Positions 20,402-29,857 of a DNA stretch of 64,000 bases are shown here, piece after piece (position 1 is the stretch's first letter; the number at the start of each line of letters is the position of its first letter). Position numbers and translations under genes: made by a program. This DNA comes from Candidatus Poribacteria bacterium. Its GTDB lineage: Bacteria; Poribacteria; WGA-4E; WGA-3G. The notes under the pieces are model-generated. The model was not told the origin of the DNA. It made no database searches and saw only the letters and a program-made list of their open reading frames with translations. The stretch covers positions 3,072,001 to 3,136,000 of the forward strand of contig CBDANF010000003.1 in NCBI GenBank assembly GCA_965197475.1, read 5' to 3'.

Positions 20402-21922
20402 TTATTTCCCCTCCATTTGCGGCGTATTGCCTGATGGAGGTTGTTTTTCCTTGATAAGACGTTCTACCTCTGCTGCGAGTTCAGGGTCTTTCTCTTTGAG
20501 ATGTTGGAGTCCTTTCGTTCCACCGTAGCGTTCGATCATTTCAAAGGCACGGACAAGACGTTCGGGTGCCACCGTTGTTTTTCCACCTTTGAGGTGTGCT
20601 TCAAGTTCTTTCGTCAGAAAATTGTTGGTGTCAATCGGAGAGTCTTCATTCATGATACTTTCTGCCCATTCGAGAAATTCGTAAAACTCCTGCTGCGTAG
20701 CTCTTTGTTGGCGTTGGAATTCGGCGCGTGCGGCTCTAGCATGATCTATCTTTCGTTGTTCTTTGTTTGAAGGTTGATTTTCCGTTGGCTGCGATTCCAA
20801 TGGCGGAAGTTCGGGCATCCATGGTGTTTCCTCAACAACCTGCACAGGGTTTTCTCCAGTACGTATTGCCTTTGTCCCTTGTTGCTGAAGTTCCTCTTCT
20901 GGGGACTTAAGTGTTTTGCGTTCGTACTGAATAGGACGGTAATTAAAACGGCCTGCTTCAATCGCATGTATATGGTTGATCACGCGCGATCCATTCGAGA
21001 CCGTTTGTTGTTTTCTGTAATAAAGCCAAGCGGTTTTAACATCACCGAGTCTCTCATAAGCCATTCCTAAGCTGAAAAATCCGCGCGTGGGGTCAAGTTG
21101 GTTTGCTTTTTTAAGGTGTTGGATGGCTTCTTCAGGGTGATCGTAAAAGATCACAGATCCTAATCCACTAAGTGAGGGTGAGTGCTCAGGGTACATAGCG
21201 ATAATTTCTCGGTATTTCTCAGAGGCTTTTGCCTTGTCCAGTTCGTAACTCACCATGCAGGCTCTGGCATCTGGATTATCCGGATCTTCCGCAAGCACGC
21301 GTTCCGCATAGGCTTTATCTTTATGGTATGCCCGAACTGCATATATGTATTCAAAGGCACGGCGAGGTTCAAGTTGGTCCAAGATAGCAGCATTATAGAT
21401 TTGATGTTTTTCAAGGAAAGTGAGGGTTTCCTCCAGAGTTTTGTCACCAGAGAATATCTCAAATTCTTTTTCTGTGAGTTCTTCTTCGGACATTGGGTTT
21501 TCATTTAGGTCGTTGCGGATATGGTACTCCAGAAGTATTGGATCACGGAGTGCTTTTATATCGTCAGGGGGCGGCGGTGGAGGTGGTGTTTCACAGGTTA
21601 GTGGTAGTACCTTGCCATAATCCGCGGAACCTAATTTTGTTTTTGAAAAAATCGGACGAATTGGTTCAATTTTCGTTGGGGTTGCGGAAATCTTACCCTT
21701 TTTTAGAAAGAACGTTTGCTTTCTTGGTGTTGGGGCAGACAATCCGTTGTGCAATCTGCCATTATCCCTATGTTCGTCCCCATCAAAGGATTCATCTACT
21801 GAATTGTTATTAACACTTTTTGGGGGCACGGGTTGACTACGTTGTATCATAATTATACTTGAGATGCCGATACCGATAAGGATACCGAGTATCCAATATG
21901 CGTTGTTTCTAAAGAATCTCAT
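20402..21922 (-). CDS. Membrane-anchored TPR-containing protein
   Basis: N-terminal TM, poly-Pro linker and TPR-like helices (EEAIQHLKKANQLDP; FSLGMAYERLGD..A..YY). Confidence 0.75.
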   Translation of the reverse strand: MRFFRNNAYWILGILIGIGISSIIMIQRSQPVPPKSVNNNSVDESFDGDEHRDNGRLHNGLSAPTPRKQTFFLKKGKISATPTKIEPIRPIFSKTKLGSADYGKVLPLTCETPPPPPPPDDIKALRDPILLEYHIRNDLNENPMSEEELTEKEFEIFSGDKTLEETLTFLEKHQIYNAAILDQLEPRRAFEYIYAVRAYHKDKAYAERVLAEDPDNPDARACMVSYELDKAKASEKYREIIAMYPEHSPSLSGLGSVIFYDHPEEAIQHLKKANQLDPTRGFFSLGMAYERLGDVKTAWLYYRKQQTVSNGSRVINHIHAIEAGRFNYRPIQYERKTLKSPEEELQQQGTKAIRTGENPVQVVEETPWMPELPPLESQPTENQPSNKEQRKIDHARAARAEFQRQQRATQQEFYEFLEWAESIMNEDSPIDTNNFLTKELEAHLKGGKTTVAPERLVRAFEMIERYGGTKGLQHLKEKDPELAAEVERLIKEKQPPSGNTPQMEGK

Positions 21923-21935
21923 GTCAGTTTCTCCT

Positions 21936-22118
21936 TTATTTGCCTGCCTCGCCCGTGCAAGGCGGCACTGTCGATTTTGGACAAGGAGTTTCCTGTTTTT
22001 TCAGTATACAGTCCGGCTTTTCTGTGCAATCCATCTCTGTCTGCGTTGCATTCAGAATCTTGATAGAGCCTAACAGCAGAAAACTCCCGATGCAAAGAAT
22101 TATAAACGTATAAATCAT
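21936..22118 (-). CDS. Small secreted Cys-containing peptide, possibly truncated by IS1595
   Basis: 60 aa with a hydrophobic N-terminus and 4 Cys in the mature part. The ATG abuts the IS terminal repeat at 22119. Confidence 0.45.
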   Translation of the reverse strand: MIYTFIILCIGSFLLLGSIKILNATQTEMDCTEKPDCILKKQETPCPKSTVPPCTGEAGK

Positions 22119-22164
22119 CGCAATGAGTAGTTTTGGACTTGAAATTTTTTCTCAAATTTTTCAC

Positions 22165-22194
22165 TTGACACTCAAATTCTTTCCATGTTATACT
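22165..22194 (+). promoter_or_regulatory. Sigma70-like promoter for the IS1595 cargo genes
   Basis: TTGACA-N18-TATACT just inside the left TIR. Confidence 0.55.
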
Positions 22195-22386
22195 ATTCTC
22201 AAGTTCGTTGGGCAGGATTTCTATCGCAACACTCCTTGTGTTGTGTCCTGCCCTCACCCATAGAAAGGTGTAAACGAACCTACGAACGATACCCGTTTAA
22301 CGTATCAATTTTATATGCTTGAACAGTGCATAACGCACTGGAAATACGCTATGCACCAATTTATCTCAAGCAAAGTGAGGTATACT

Positions 22387-22518
22387 ATGGCTAAAAAAGC
22401 CACTGGCACGCGTGTACGCGATGCCAAAGATGGACGGTTCCTTCCCAAAGGCACGGACAAACGCCGTCCCGCCACAACGGTGAAAGAAACTGTCAAACCT
22501 CACAAGCGGTGTAAATAA
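22387..22518 (+). CDS. Small basic protein (IS1595 passenger)
   Basis: MAKKATGTRVRDAKDGRFLPKGTDKRRPATTVKETVK, with a GAGG RBS. The 'RDAKxGRF..RRP.TT.ET' pattern is one I associate with mobile-element small proteins. Confidence 0.6.
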   Translation: MAKKATGTRVRDAKDGRFLPKGTDKRRPATTVKETVKPHKRCK

Positions 22519-22588
22519 TCCGCTTGCAAACATGTAGGGGGTCTTTTGATCCCCTACATACACATTTTACCTCACAAAAGGAACATTG

Positions 22589-22975
22589 ATGAAAACTTTG
22601 TCGTTTATAATGGTTGTGATGTTATTCACTACGCCATATCTCACACTTGCACAACAAACAAGTGATGCTGCGCAAGCAATATTTGATGCACGACGTGATG
22701 CAACACTTGCAAACACTCAAATATGGGGAACTGTTGGTTGTCTACTTGGTGTTACCGGTATGTTAATTGCGTATGTTGTCACACCAACGGTACTACCAGA
22801 AAAATTGCTTGGAAAATCACCAGAATATGTTGCTTATTACACAAGCATTTATCAAAAACTTGTGAAAAACGACCAAATAACACATGCTACAATAGGATGT
22901 GTTATTGGAACTGGCACTATGGTGGGACTTTGGATAATTTTAATTTCAGCTGCTGATTCTCCATACGGGTATTAG
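22589..22975 (+). CDS. Secreted/membrane hypothetical protein (IS1595 passenger)
   Basis: AAGGA RBS, signal peptide and two hydrophobic Gly/Cys-containing segments. Confidence 0.7.
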   Translation: MKTLSFIMVVMLFTTPYLTLAQQTSDAAQAIFDARRDATLANTQIWGTVGCLLGVTGMLIAYVVTPTVLPEKLLGKSPEYVAYYTSIYQKLVKNDQITHATIGCVIGTGTMVGLWIILISAADSPYGY

Positions 22976-23031
22976 CAATTCCAACCAACGAGGGGACTCT
23001 GTCCCCTCTAACCCCAAAGGAGACTAAACCC

Positions 23032-23304
23032 ATGTGGGTAATATTCAAGCCGCCTTCCGATCCTGTTGATTTTTCACTTTTAGCCTTACATACAGAGAGT
23101 TTTGTAGAACTCGCCCTTGTAAAACTTGATACAAATTTTCGCGTAGTGATTCAGAAACCTTTTGACACGGACAATGAGAGGTTGGAATTTGCTCTTGACA
23201 TGATCGATGCTCTGAAAGATGGAAAGCCAACTTTTGAACTTCCACAGCATTTTCCCTCAAATCCTGATGACAAAAAGAACAAGATTGATAAGGCATACCT
23301 TTAG
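23032..23304 (+). CDS. Hypothetical protein (IS1595 passenger)
   Basis: AAGGAG RBS; 90-aa ORF converging on the transposase. Confidence 0.6.
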   Translation: MWVIFKPPSDPVDFSLLALHTESFVELALVKLDTNFRVVIQKPFDTDNERLEFALDMIDALKDGKPTFELPQHFPSNPDDKKNKIDKAYL

Positions 23305-23313
23305 TTGTGTCCA

Positions 23314-24297
23314 TCACCGCATACTTTCATTAACAAACTTATCAAAGATACTGTCAATGCTCCTATAGTTGTATTTATAGCACGCCTCTGCTACATACAG
23401 GGGCGTATATTCAGTCCAGTAGTGGTGATGACTTCCATACCAAGCTCGTTTGAGTAGACTCCAAAACCCCTCAATTGTGTTTGTGTGGACATCACCCTCA
23501 ACAAATTGCGTTTGATGATCTATGATATGGTGTTTCATCTCCTTGCCGATAGCGAGATACGCCTTATACTCATCGGTCATCAACTCCGAATCCTCAACTT
23601 TGACGACTCTTCGGATAAAGTCTAAAATAGTCCGTCCTGTCAAATCTTTAGCGAGTTGTGCTACAACTTTCCCGCCCCGCTGTACTGCCCCGATAATAGC
23701 GTCTTTCTCTGTTCCACGTCCACGCTTGGCAGGCACGTGGTCTTCCTTCTTATTAGGCTTACGAGGTTTACCCCCGATGTAAGTTTCATCTGCCTCTATG
23801 ATGCCTTGTAGTAGCACGTTACCTTTCTTTGCCATTTCAGCACGGATACGAGTCATGATATACCATGCTGTCTTTTGATTCAAGTCTAAATCGCGCGCAA
23901 GTTGATGACTTGACAAACTTTTCTTCGCATTCGTTATCAACGAAATAGCCAAAAACCACTTCTGTAACGCTATCTTTGTCCCGTGAAACACCGACCTGCA
24001 CGTCACCTTGAAACTCACTTGGCACTCGTGGCAGTTCCAACGACCGATACGACCGATTTCTGTTTCTGTCCGTTCTCCTATATGATCGCTTTCACAATGC
24101 GGACACACAGGTTTACCTCGCCACCGAATCTTCTCTAAATGCGAAATACAACTCTCTTGATCGGGAAAACGCTCCATCACCTTCAACAAATCCATCAGAT
24201 AACTCCTTGAAATAGGAGTTGCTTTTTCTGACGGATTTCTGATATAATACCAGATAAGATTAGAACCGTCAAAAAGCAACTCGCTTTTTGTGTTCAT
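23314..24297 (-). CDS. IS1595-family transposase
   Basis: Zn ribbon CPHC..CHEC, HTH (SSHQLARDL..QKTAW), and catalytic motifs EADETYIGG, MTDEY and HTNTIEGFWS. Confidence 0.95.
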   Translation of the reverse strand: MNTKSELLFDGSNLIWYYIRNPSEKATPISRSYLMDLLKVMERFPDQESCISHLEKIRWRGKPVCPHCESDHIGERTETEIGRIGRWNCHECQVSFKVTCRSVFHGTKIALQKWFLAISLITNAKKSLSSHQLARDLDLNQKTAWYIMTRIRAEMAKKGNVLLQGIIEADETYIGGKPRKPNKKEDHVPAKRGRGTEKDAIIGAVQRGGKVVAQLAKDLTGRTILDFIRRVVKVEDSELMTDEYKAYLAIGKEMKHHIIDHQTQFVEGDVHTNTIEGFWSLLKRAWYGSHHHYWTEYTPLYVAEACYKYNYRSIDSIFDKFVNESMR

Positions 24298-24452
24298 TTA
24301 GGGGGCTACCAACCCCCTATTTTCTTATCTATATTATACCATATAAACCCAGTGGACACAAGGCTTTATAGCGATTTTTTAAAATTTTTCTCAAGTCCAA
24401 AACTACTCATTGCGAAAATATATACAAGAAAAATTACGTTAATATGGTATAA

Positions 24453-24796
24453 TAACGAGAGTTCAATAATAGTATATTATCGAAAGTTTGACTTAATAAT
24501 TTAGAGGAATCCAACACAATATATCCCGTCTATCCAGATTTGATGACGAACAATTGCAGCACTCCAGAGGAGTGCTATGTCTATAGAAAACCAGATGCCC
24601 AAGTTTGCGCTCCGTAGGAGTGCTATGTGTGTGCTGAAGCCACATACCGCTCCTACGGAGCGGAGTGCTGCGTTGGATGGTTGCTATAAACATATTGCTC
24701 CTACGGAGCAAAGGTATTTGTTTTGGTTTCTGTGGTTAGATGGACGTAAGCGAAACACAACATCCAAATTTGAATTCTTTTATTGAACTCACGTTA
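24453..24796. mobile_element. MITE-like element enclosing a REP/REPIN cluster
   Basis: Ends taacgagagttcaataa / ttattgaactcacgtta (16/17 inverted match, TA termini). Four internal gc(a/g)ctccN3ggag(t)gc-type palindromes lie in inverted pairs at about 24558-24710. Confidence 0.65.
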
Positions 24797-24875
24797 AAAT
24801 AGATATTTTCGAACCACGTTAAAGTAACAAATATAACATGAAATGAGCAGAAAATCAATAGAATTCTAAAACTCG

Positions 24876-26330
24876 TCAATCCAACGGAAACAGCGGTCTC
24901 CGAACATTCCGATACGAAAAATGTTGTGGATTTACCGCAGTCAATCCTGGTGTATCCACCTCAATAATCCTCCCTGCGATCAGTTCATAGGCAGCGCGAT
25001 ATGCGATTGCGGCTTTGACGACAGCTATTCGCATCACCTTCGGATTGACACCGAGACTCAGCAACTGCTGCAGACTGAACGGCGTTTGACGTTTACTTGT
25101 CAAAACAACTAATGAGTCCTCTACAGCAACGACAGTTGTCAACCCTTGATTGTGATATTTTTGTCCGCCGTGCCGAGGTTCCGTCTCAATAAAATGTCCA
25201 TCGTGGATTAAGCGGACTTTGCCCCGAATTGGTACAGGATCCCCATGTTGATTGTCAGTTTTCCCACCGACTTGCAAAGATACTTGATTGCCAATACCTA
25301 TCTCAATACAAGTTTGCACGCATTCTGGATCACACAGAACAACTACAAATTCCGATGCTTTCTGACGCAGCAACTCTGCGAGAATGAAAGTGCTATCCCC
25401 CGATGAACCGCCGCCTATATTATCACCCATTTCAACAAGAATAACTGGATGTTCATTGCTTTGCATCGCTTGCTGAACAGCGTTCGCCGCATCAGGTAAA
25501 TTCAATGTTAATTGGTCTCGGACATTCCACAACATATCTGATAGCCGATCAGCTTCTGTTTGCGCAAGCTGGGGGTTGTTATCTGTCACAACAACGAATG
25601 ATGGACCTGCCTCATAGACATCTGCATACGGATAACCTGATGCAACATTCGCGACCAGAGTGTTGGAATCGTCCTCAAGCAGCTTCGCCGCATTCAAAAT
25701 AGAACGCATCGGTTCAGCACTTGTATTCTGATACAGGATGTTGAGCAGCATCGGCGGTTTGGCAAGAGTCTGCGTAGGGATTACCTCTCCTTTGAGGATA
25801 CGCATCATCAATTCTGCTGCTTGTCCACCGCGCTGCTGTTGATCAATATGTGGGTTAGTTTTATAAATCACAAGCATTGTTGATTTCTCAACCATTTGTT
25901 GAGAAACATTTGCATGATGGTCAAGTGTAACCACAATTGGCAGAGATTGTCCGAAGGTGTCTTGAAGCCTTCGCAACACTTCTCCATCACCGTCGGGATA
26001 ACTCTCAACCACCATTGCACCGTGCAATGCAAGCAGTAGTCCATCCAGTTCTGGTATGGCTTTGAGTTGTTGGACAAGCATATCGGTAAGTTTATCAAAG
26101 GCAGCATCAGTTACGGGACCAGCAGGTGTCGCAGTAGCCATTAAGGTCGGACAAGTAGTATAACCGTGCAGAACTACGCCTTGTATAAATCCACCCATCT
26201 CATGGTGTGTGTCCTTCCAAATCGACAATAATTCATCTCCAATTGTGTAAGAAAACGCCTCAAAATCAGTAAAAGTATTGCAAAACGTATTTGATTCGTG
26301 CATTATCCCGCCAATAGCAATTGTAGCCAT
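24876..26330 (-). CDS. M81-family metallopeptidase (MlrC-like)
   Basis: HESNTF, LALHGAM, TLDHHAN, YKTNPHID, GDNIGGG and VVK motifs; start taken at MATIAIGG. Confidence 0.92.
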   Translation of the reverse strand: MATIAIGGIMHESNTFCNTFTDFEAFSYTIGDELLSIWKDTHHEMGGFIQGVVLHGYTTCPTLMATATPAGPVTDAAFDKLTDMLVQQLKAIPELDGLLLALHGAMVVESYPDGDGEVLRRLQDTFGQSLPIVVTLDHHANVSQQMVEKSTMLVIYKTNPHIDQQQRGGQAAELMMRILKGEVIPTQTLAKPPMLLNILYQNTSAEPMRSILNAAKLLEDDSNTLVANVASGYPYADVYEAGPSFVVVTDNNPQLAQTEADRLSDMLWNVRDQLTLNLPDAANAVQQAMQSNEHPVILVEMGDNIGGGSSGDSTFILAELLRQKASEFVVVLCDPECVQTCIEIGIGNQVSLQVGGKTDNQHGDPVPIRGKVRLIHDGHFIETEPRHGGQKYHNQGLTTVVAVEDSLVVLTSKRQTPFSLQQLLSLGVNPKVMRIAVVKAAIAYRAAYELIAGRIIEVDTPGLTAVNPQHFSYRNVRRPLFPLD

Positions 26331-26545
26331 AATATGTTCCTTTCTGAAGATACGCGCCTTAAATAACACCACTAAGAATGCCCATTACTGGATATCCTTC
26401 TCTATCAAAGATTTCACATTTTAAAATATCTTGACGACATGAGTAAAAATAGTGTATCATTTAACACAGTTTTTAGTTTCAATTTTTTAACAAAAGGTTT
26501 TGAAAACTGATAGTTATAGGCGCGAATTGAGTAGCGATAAAACGC

Positions 26546-27154
26546 ATGGCGGAAAATGGCACCCGAAAAAACCGTATTGAAGAAGCGATAGAAGTCGCCG
26601 CACAGGCACATGATGGGCAATTTCGGAAAGGCACGCACACACCGTATATCACACATCCGTATGCTGTTGGTCTGATGTTGATGAACGCAGGATGCTCAGA
26701 TGCAGTGGTTATAGCGGGGATTCTGCACGATACGGTTGAGGACACCGACCTAACATTAGAATGTATCCGAAAAAACTTTGGTGAACCTATCGCAGACATT
26801 GTTGATGGATGTTCTGAAAATAAGTCCTTGCGGTGGCGGGAACGAAAGACCGAACGGATTGAAGCACTGAAAACTGCTACTACCGAAATTTGCCTTGTAA
26901 CATGCGCTGACAAACTTCACAATCTACGAACCGTGATTTCGGAATACGATGACATCGGTGATGCAGTCTGGGAGCGTTTTCACGGTGGGGTAGAGGCACA
27001 AGCATGGTACTATCAAAGCGTTTTAGAAAGTTTGCGAATGCATATAAAATCTGATAGAATGGCAAAGTGTGACAGCGCAGCCATCCAACAATTCAACTTA
27101 ATTTTTCAGCAACTGCAGCATGCTGTAGTATATCTATTTGATGAAGAGACTTGA
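26546..27154 (+). CDS. HD-domain protein, Mesh1/small alarmone (p)ppGpp hydrolase-like
   Basis: AHDGQFRKG..PYITHP, ILHDTVEDT and ADKLHN. Confidence 0.85.
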   Translation: MAENGTRKNRIEEAIEVAAQAHDGQFRKGTHTPYITHPYAVGLMLMNAGCSDAVVIAGILHDTVEDTDLTLECIRKNFGEPIADIVDGCSENKSLRWRERKTERIEALKTATTEICLVTCADKLHNLRTVISEYDDIGDAVWERFHGGVEAQAWYYQSVLESLRMHIKSDRMAKCDSAAIQQFNLIFQQLQHAVVYLFDEET

Positions 27155-27218
27155 TAAAGATTGCGTATGTTTTTCAGAACGGTTTCAAAAAACACTGCAT
27201 TACTGGACATCAAAAAAT

Positions 27219-28265
27219 ATGACAAACAAAAAGATCCGTCTTACAGCGACCGTCAAATGTGCGGGGTGAGCGTCAAAATTAGCTCCGGGTGAGCTGGCAC
27301 ACATTTTAAGTAACCTGCCCAAATCCACAGATCCCAACCTGCTTGTCGGCACAGAAACCTCTGATGACGCGGGGATATACCGCATTTCCGATGATCTCGC
27401 CCTCGTGAACACTGTGGACTACTTCACTCCTATCGTGGACGATCCTTATACATTCGGTGCGATTGCAGCGACAAATTCACTCAGTGATGTTTATAGTATG
27501 GGTGGCGTTCCGAAAACAGCACTGAATATTACCTGCTGGCCCAAAAATGATCTGGAACTCTCGATTCTTGGGGATATTGTCAAGGGTGGTGCAGAAAAAG
27601 CTGCTGAAGCGGGAGCAGCACTTCTCGGTGGACACACTGTGGATTCACCTGAACTGATGTATGGACTTGCAGTGACAGGTGTTGTGCATCCGGAGAAATT
27701 TGTTAGAAACTACGGTGCGCGTCCGGGTGATGTTTTGATTTTAACGAAAAATCTCGGGATCGGCATCCTCACAACAGGATTGAAATTTGACAAAATCAGT
27801 GATGAAGTCTTACCGCAAGTAGTTGAGTCAATGACGCGGCTTAATACTACTGCTTCTGAAGTTATGTTGAAGTATGGTGCAACTGCTTGCACGGATGTCA
27901 CCGGATACGGTTTACTCGGTCACGCATCGGAGATGGCGGCAGGCAACAATGTGCGGCTAAAAATAAATAGCGGTGCCGTTCCTTACTTTGAAGATGCTCC
28001 TTGGCTCGTTAAAAAGAAAACTTATACACAAGCCTATCTTGCCAATACAGATTTTCTCTCAGATAAGGTCACGTTCAAATCTTCAGTTACAGAGGAGATG
28101 CGTCACATTTTGATGGAAGCTGAAACGTCTGGCGGATTGTTATTTGCGCTGCCAGCGGAAAATGCTGAGGCTGCAGTCAAAGAACTCCATTCCCTTGATT
28201 GTCCTGAAGCTGCTGTTATCGGTGATGTTGTCGCAGCAGATGCTGCACATATTGACGTGCATTAG
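27219..28265 (+). CDS. selD: Selenophosphate synthetase, selenocysteine-containing (UGA at 27267-27269)
   Basis: ATG 27219 reads MTNKKIRLTATVKCAG-U-ASKLAPGEL..SDDAG.. in frame with ORF 27405-28265 (TVDYFTPIVDDP, NSLSDVY, GGHT, TDVTGYGL, ETSGGLL). Confidence 0.95.
27281..27295 (+). promoter_or_regulatory. Putative bacterial SECIS of selD
   Basis: AGCTC-CGGGT-GAGCT hairpin, separated from the UGA by 11 nt. Confidence 0.75.
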
Positions 28266-28296
28266 ATCACTTCCAATTCCAAAATGGTGACCCAAC

Positions 28297-28818
28297 ATGA
28301 CAAAAACTGAGTTGGCAAAGCAGATTCGTGCCGTTTCATATCTTACAGGCGAATTCAAACTCCGCTCTGGAAATATCAGCAACTTCTATTGGGATAAATA
28401 CCGGTTTGAAAGTAATCCTGTACTGCTTACTGCAATTGCCGAAGAGATAGTGAAACTTCTTCCGTCTATATTTGACGGTTTGGCAGGTTTAGAATTAGGG
28501 GGTATTCCGATCGCGACCGCGATTTCTTTACAAACGGGACATCCCTGTTTTTATGTACGTAAAGAAGCAAAGACTTATGGCACCTGCAATCTTATAGAGG
28601 GAGGTGTAAAGGAGAACAGTCAACTCGTTGTAATAGAAGATGTTATCACGACTGCGGGACAGGTTTGTACTTCTATTGAACAGATTCGCGCAGCAGGACA
28701 CACAGTGGAAAATGTTGTAGCAGTTATTGACCGACAGGCGGGAGGAGAGGAAAAAATTAATGCACTCGGATGTTCATTCGCATCAGTTTTTACACTTGAT
28801 GCATTAGAAAAAATATAA
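28297..28818 (+). CDS. pyrE: Orotate phosphoribosyltransferase
   Basis: GEFKLRSG, GLELGGIP, VRKEAK.YG and VVIEDVITTAG PRPP motif. Confidence 0.92.
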   Translation: MTKTELAKQIRAVSYLTGEFKLRSGNISNFYWDKYRFESNPVLLTAIAEEIVKLLPSIFDGLAGLELGGIPIATAISLQTGHPCFYVRKEAKTYGTCNLIEGGVKENSQLVVIEDVITTAGQVCTSIEQIRAAGHTVENVVAVIDRQAGGEEKINALGCSFASVFTLDALEKI

Positions 28819-29001
28819 ACACACTTTTATTATTCAGGTAAGATACTCAAACACACTTCACAAGTGAATTAATAAGCAACTCGACAAAATACCTTGCACA
28901 GTGGATTAAGATTTGAAACACAAGTTGTGATAAAAAATTCCGCTACAGTAAAAAAGCACGAGCAAAAACGTAAAATATTACGAGAAATGTGATGAAAAAG
29001 A

Positions 29002-29790
29002 ATGAAAATACTTTTTATTGGAGATATAGTCGGAAATCCGGGGAGAAGAGCAGTAACCGAATTTTTGAAAGAACTTCACAAAACTTCTGCAAATTCGTAT
29101 GACTTCATCGTTGCCAATGGCGAAAACGCCGCAGGAGGAAAAGGTTTAACATTTGAAATTGTTGACCAGTTGTTGGCTTCAGGTGTTTCTGCGATTACGA
29201 CTGGAAACCACGTCTGGGATCAGAAAGAAATTTTAGACTTCATTGACACAACGCCGCAGTTGATTCGACCTGCTAACTATCCAGCGGAAGTGCCTGGACG
29301 TGGGTTTACCATCGTTCTTTCAATGGATGGACGCTTCAAACTTGCAGTCATCAATTTGGCAGGTCAGATATTCATGAATAGATATACGAATCCGTTCCAT
29401 GAATTGGATGCGATTCTATCTAAAGTGAAAGCGGAAACTCCTTATGCGATTTTGGATTTTCATGCTGAAGCCACTTCAGAAAAGATCGCAATGGGATGGC
29501 ATGCAGATGGTAAGGTAGGTGCAGTTATCGGAACACACACGCACGTTCAAACAGCAGATGAGCGTGTACTTCCGAAAGGCACCGCTTATATTACGGATGT
29601 TGGTATGACAGGCCCCCACGATTCGGTTATCGGTAGTAGAAAAGAGCAAGTGGTTCAAAGTTTTTTGACACTGATGCCTGCGCGCTTTGGTGTTGCAAAA
29701 GATAATATTAAACTATGCGCAGTCCAGATTGAATTAGATGATGAAACAGGATTAGCTGTCAGTATTTCAAGGATTCAATATCAGATCTGA
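29002..29790 (+). CDS. ymdB: YmdB-like metallophosphoesterase
   Basis: GDIVG, NGENAAGG, GNHVWD, DFHAEATSEK, GTHTHV and DVGMTG. Confidence 0.92.
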   Translation: MKILFIGDIVGNPGRRAVTEFLKELHKTSANSYDFIVANGENAAGGKGLTFEIVDQLLASGVSAITTGNHVWDQKEILDFIDTTPQLIRPANYPAEVPGRGFTIVLSMDGRFKLAVINLAGQIFMNRYTNPFHELDAILSKVKAETPYAILDFHAEATSEKIAMGWHADGKVGAVIGTHTHVQTADERVLPKGTAYITDVGMTGPHDSVIGSRKEQVVQSFLTLMPARFGVAKDNIKLCAVQIELDDETGLAVSISRIQYQI

Positions 29791-29857
29791 AAATCTTGTG
29801 AGATAATAGATTAGTAGACAAAATTCACATAAAACTCTCGTTTTAGGGATAGAAAAA

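Larger units (their letters stand above)
22119..24414 (-). mobile_element. IS1595-family element carrying three passenger genes
   Basis: Perfect 24-bp terminal inverted repeats cgcaatgagtagttttggacttga (22119-22142; reverse complement at 24391-24414) enclose the transposase and cargo. No target-site duplication is visible. Confidence 0.9.

Noticed and set aside
24558-24710. Possible CRISPR array
   Set aside because: The repeats are palindromic REPs in mixed orientation with irregular spacing, and no cas genes are present.
24876-26330. Microcystin degradation cluster
   Set aside because: Only an MlrC-like M81 peptidase is present; there is no mlrA, mlrB or mlrD.
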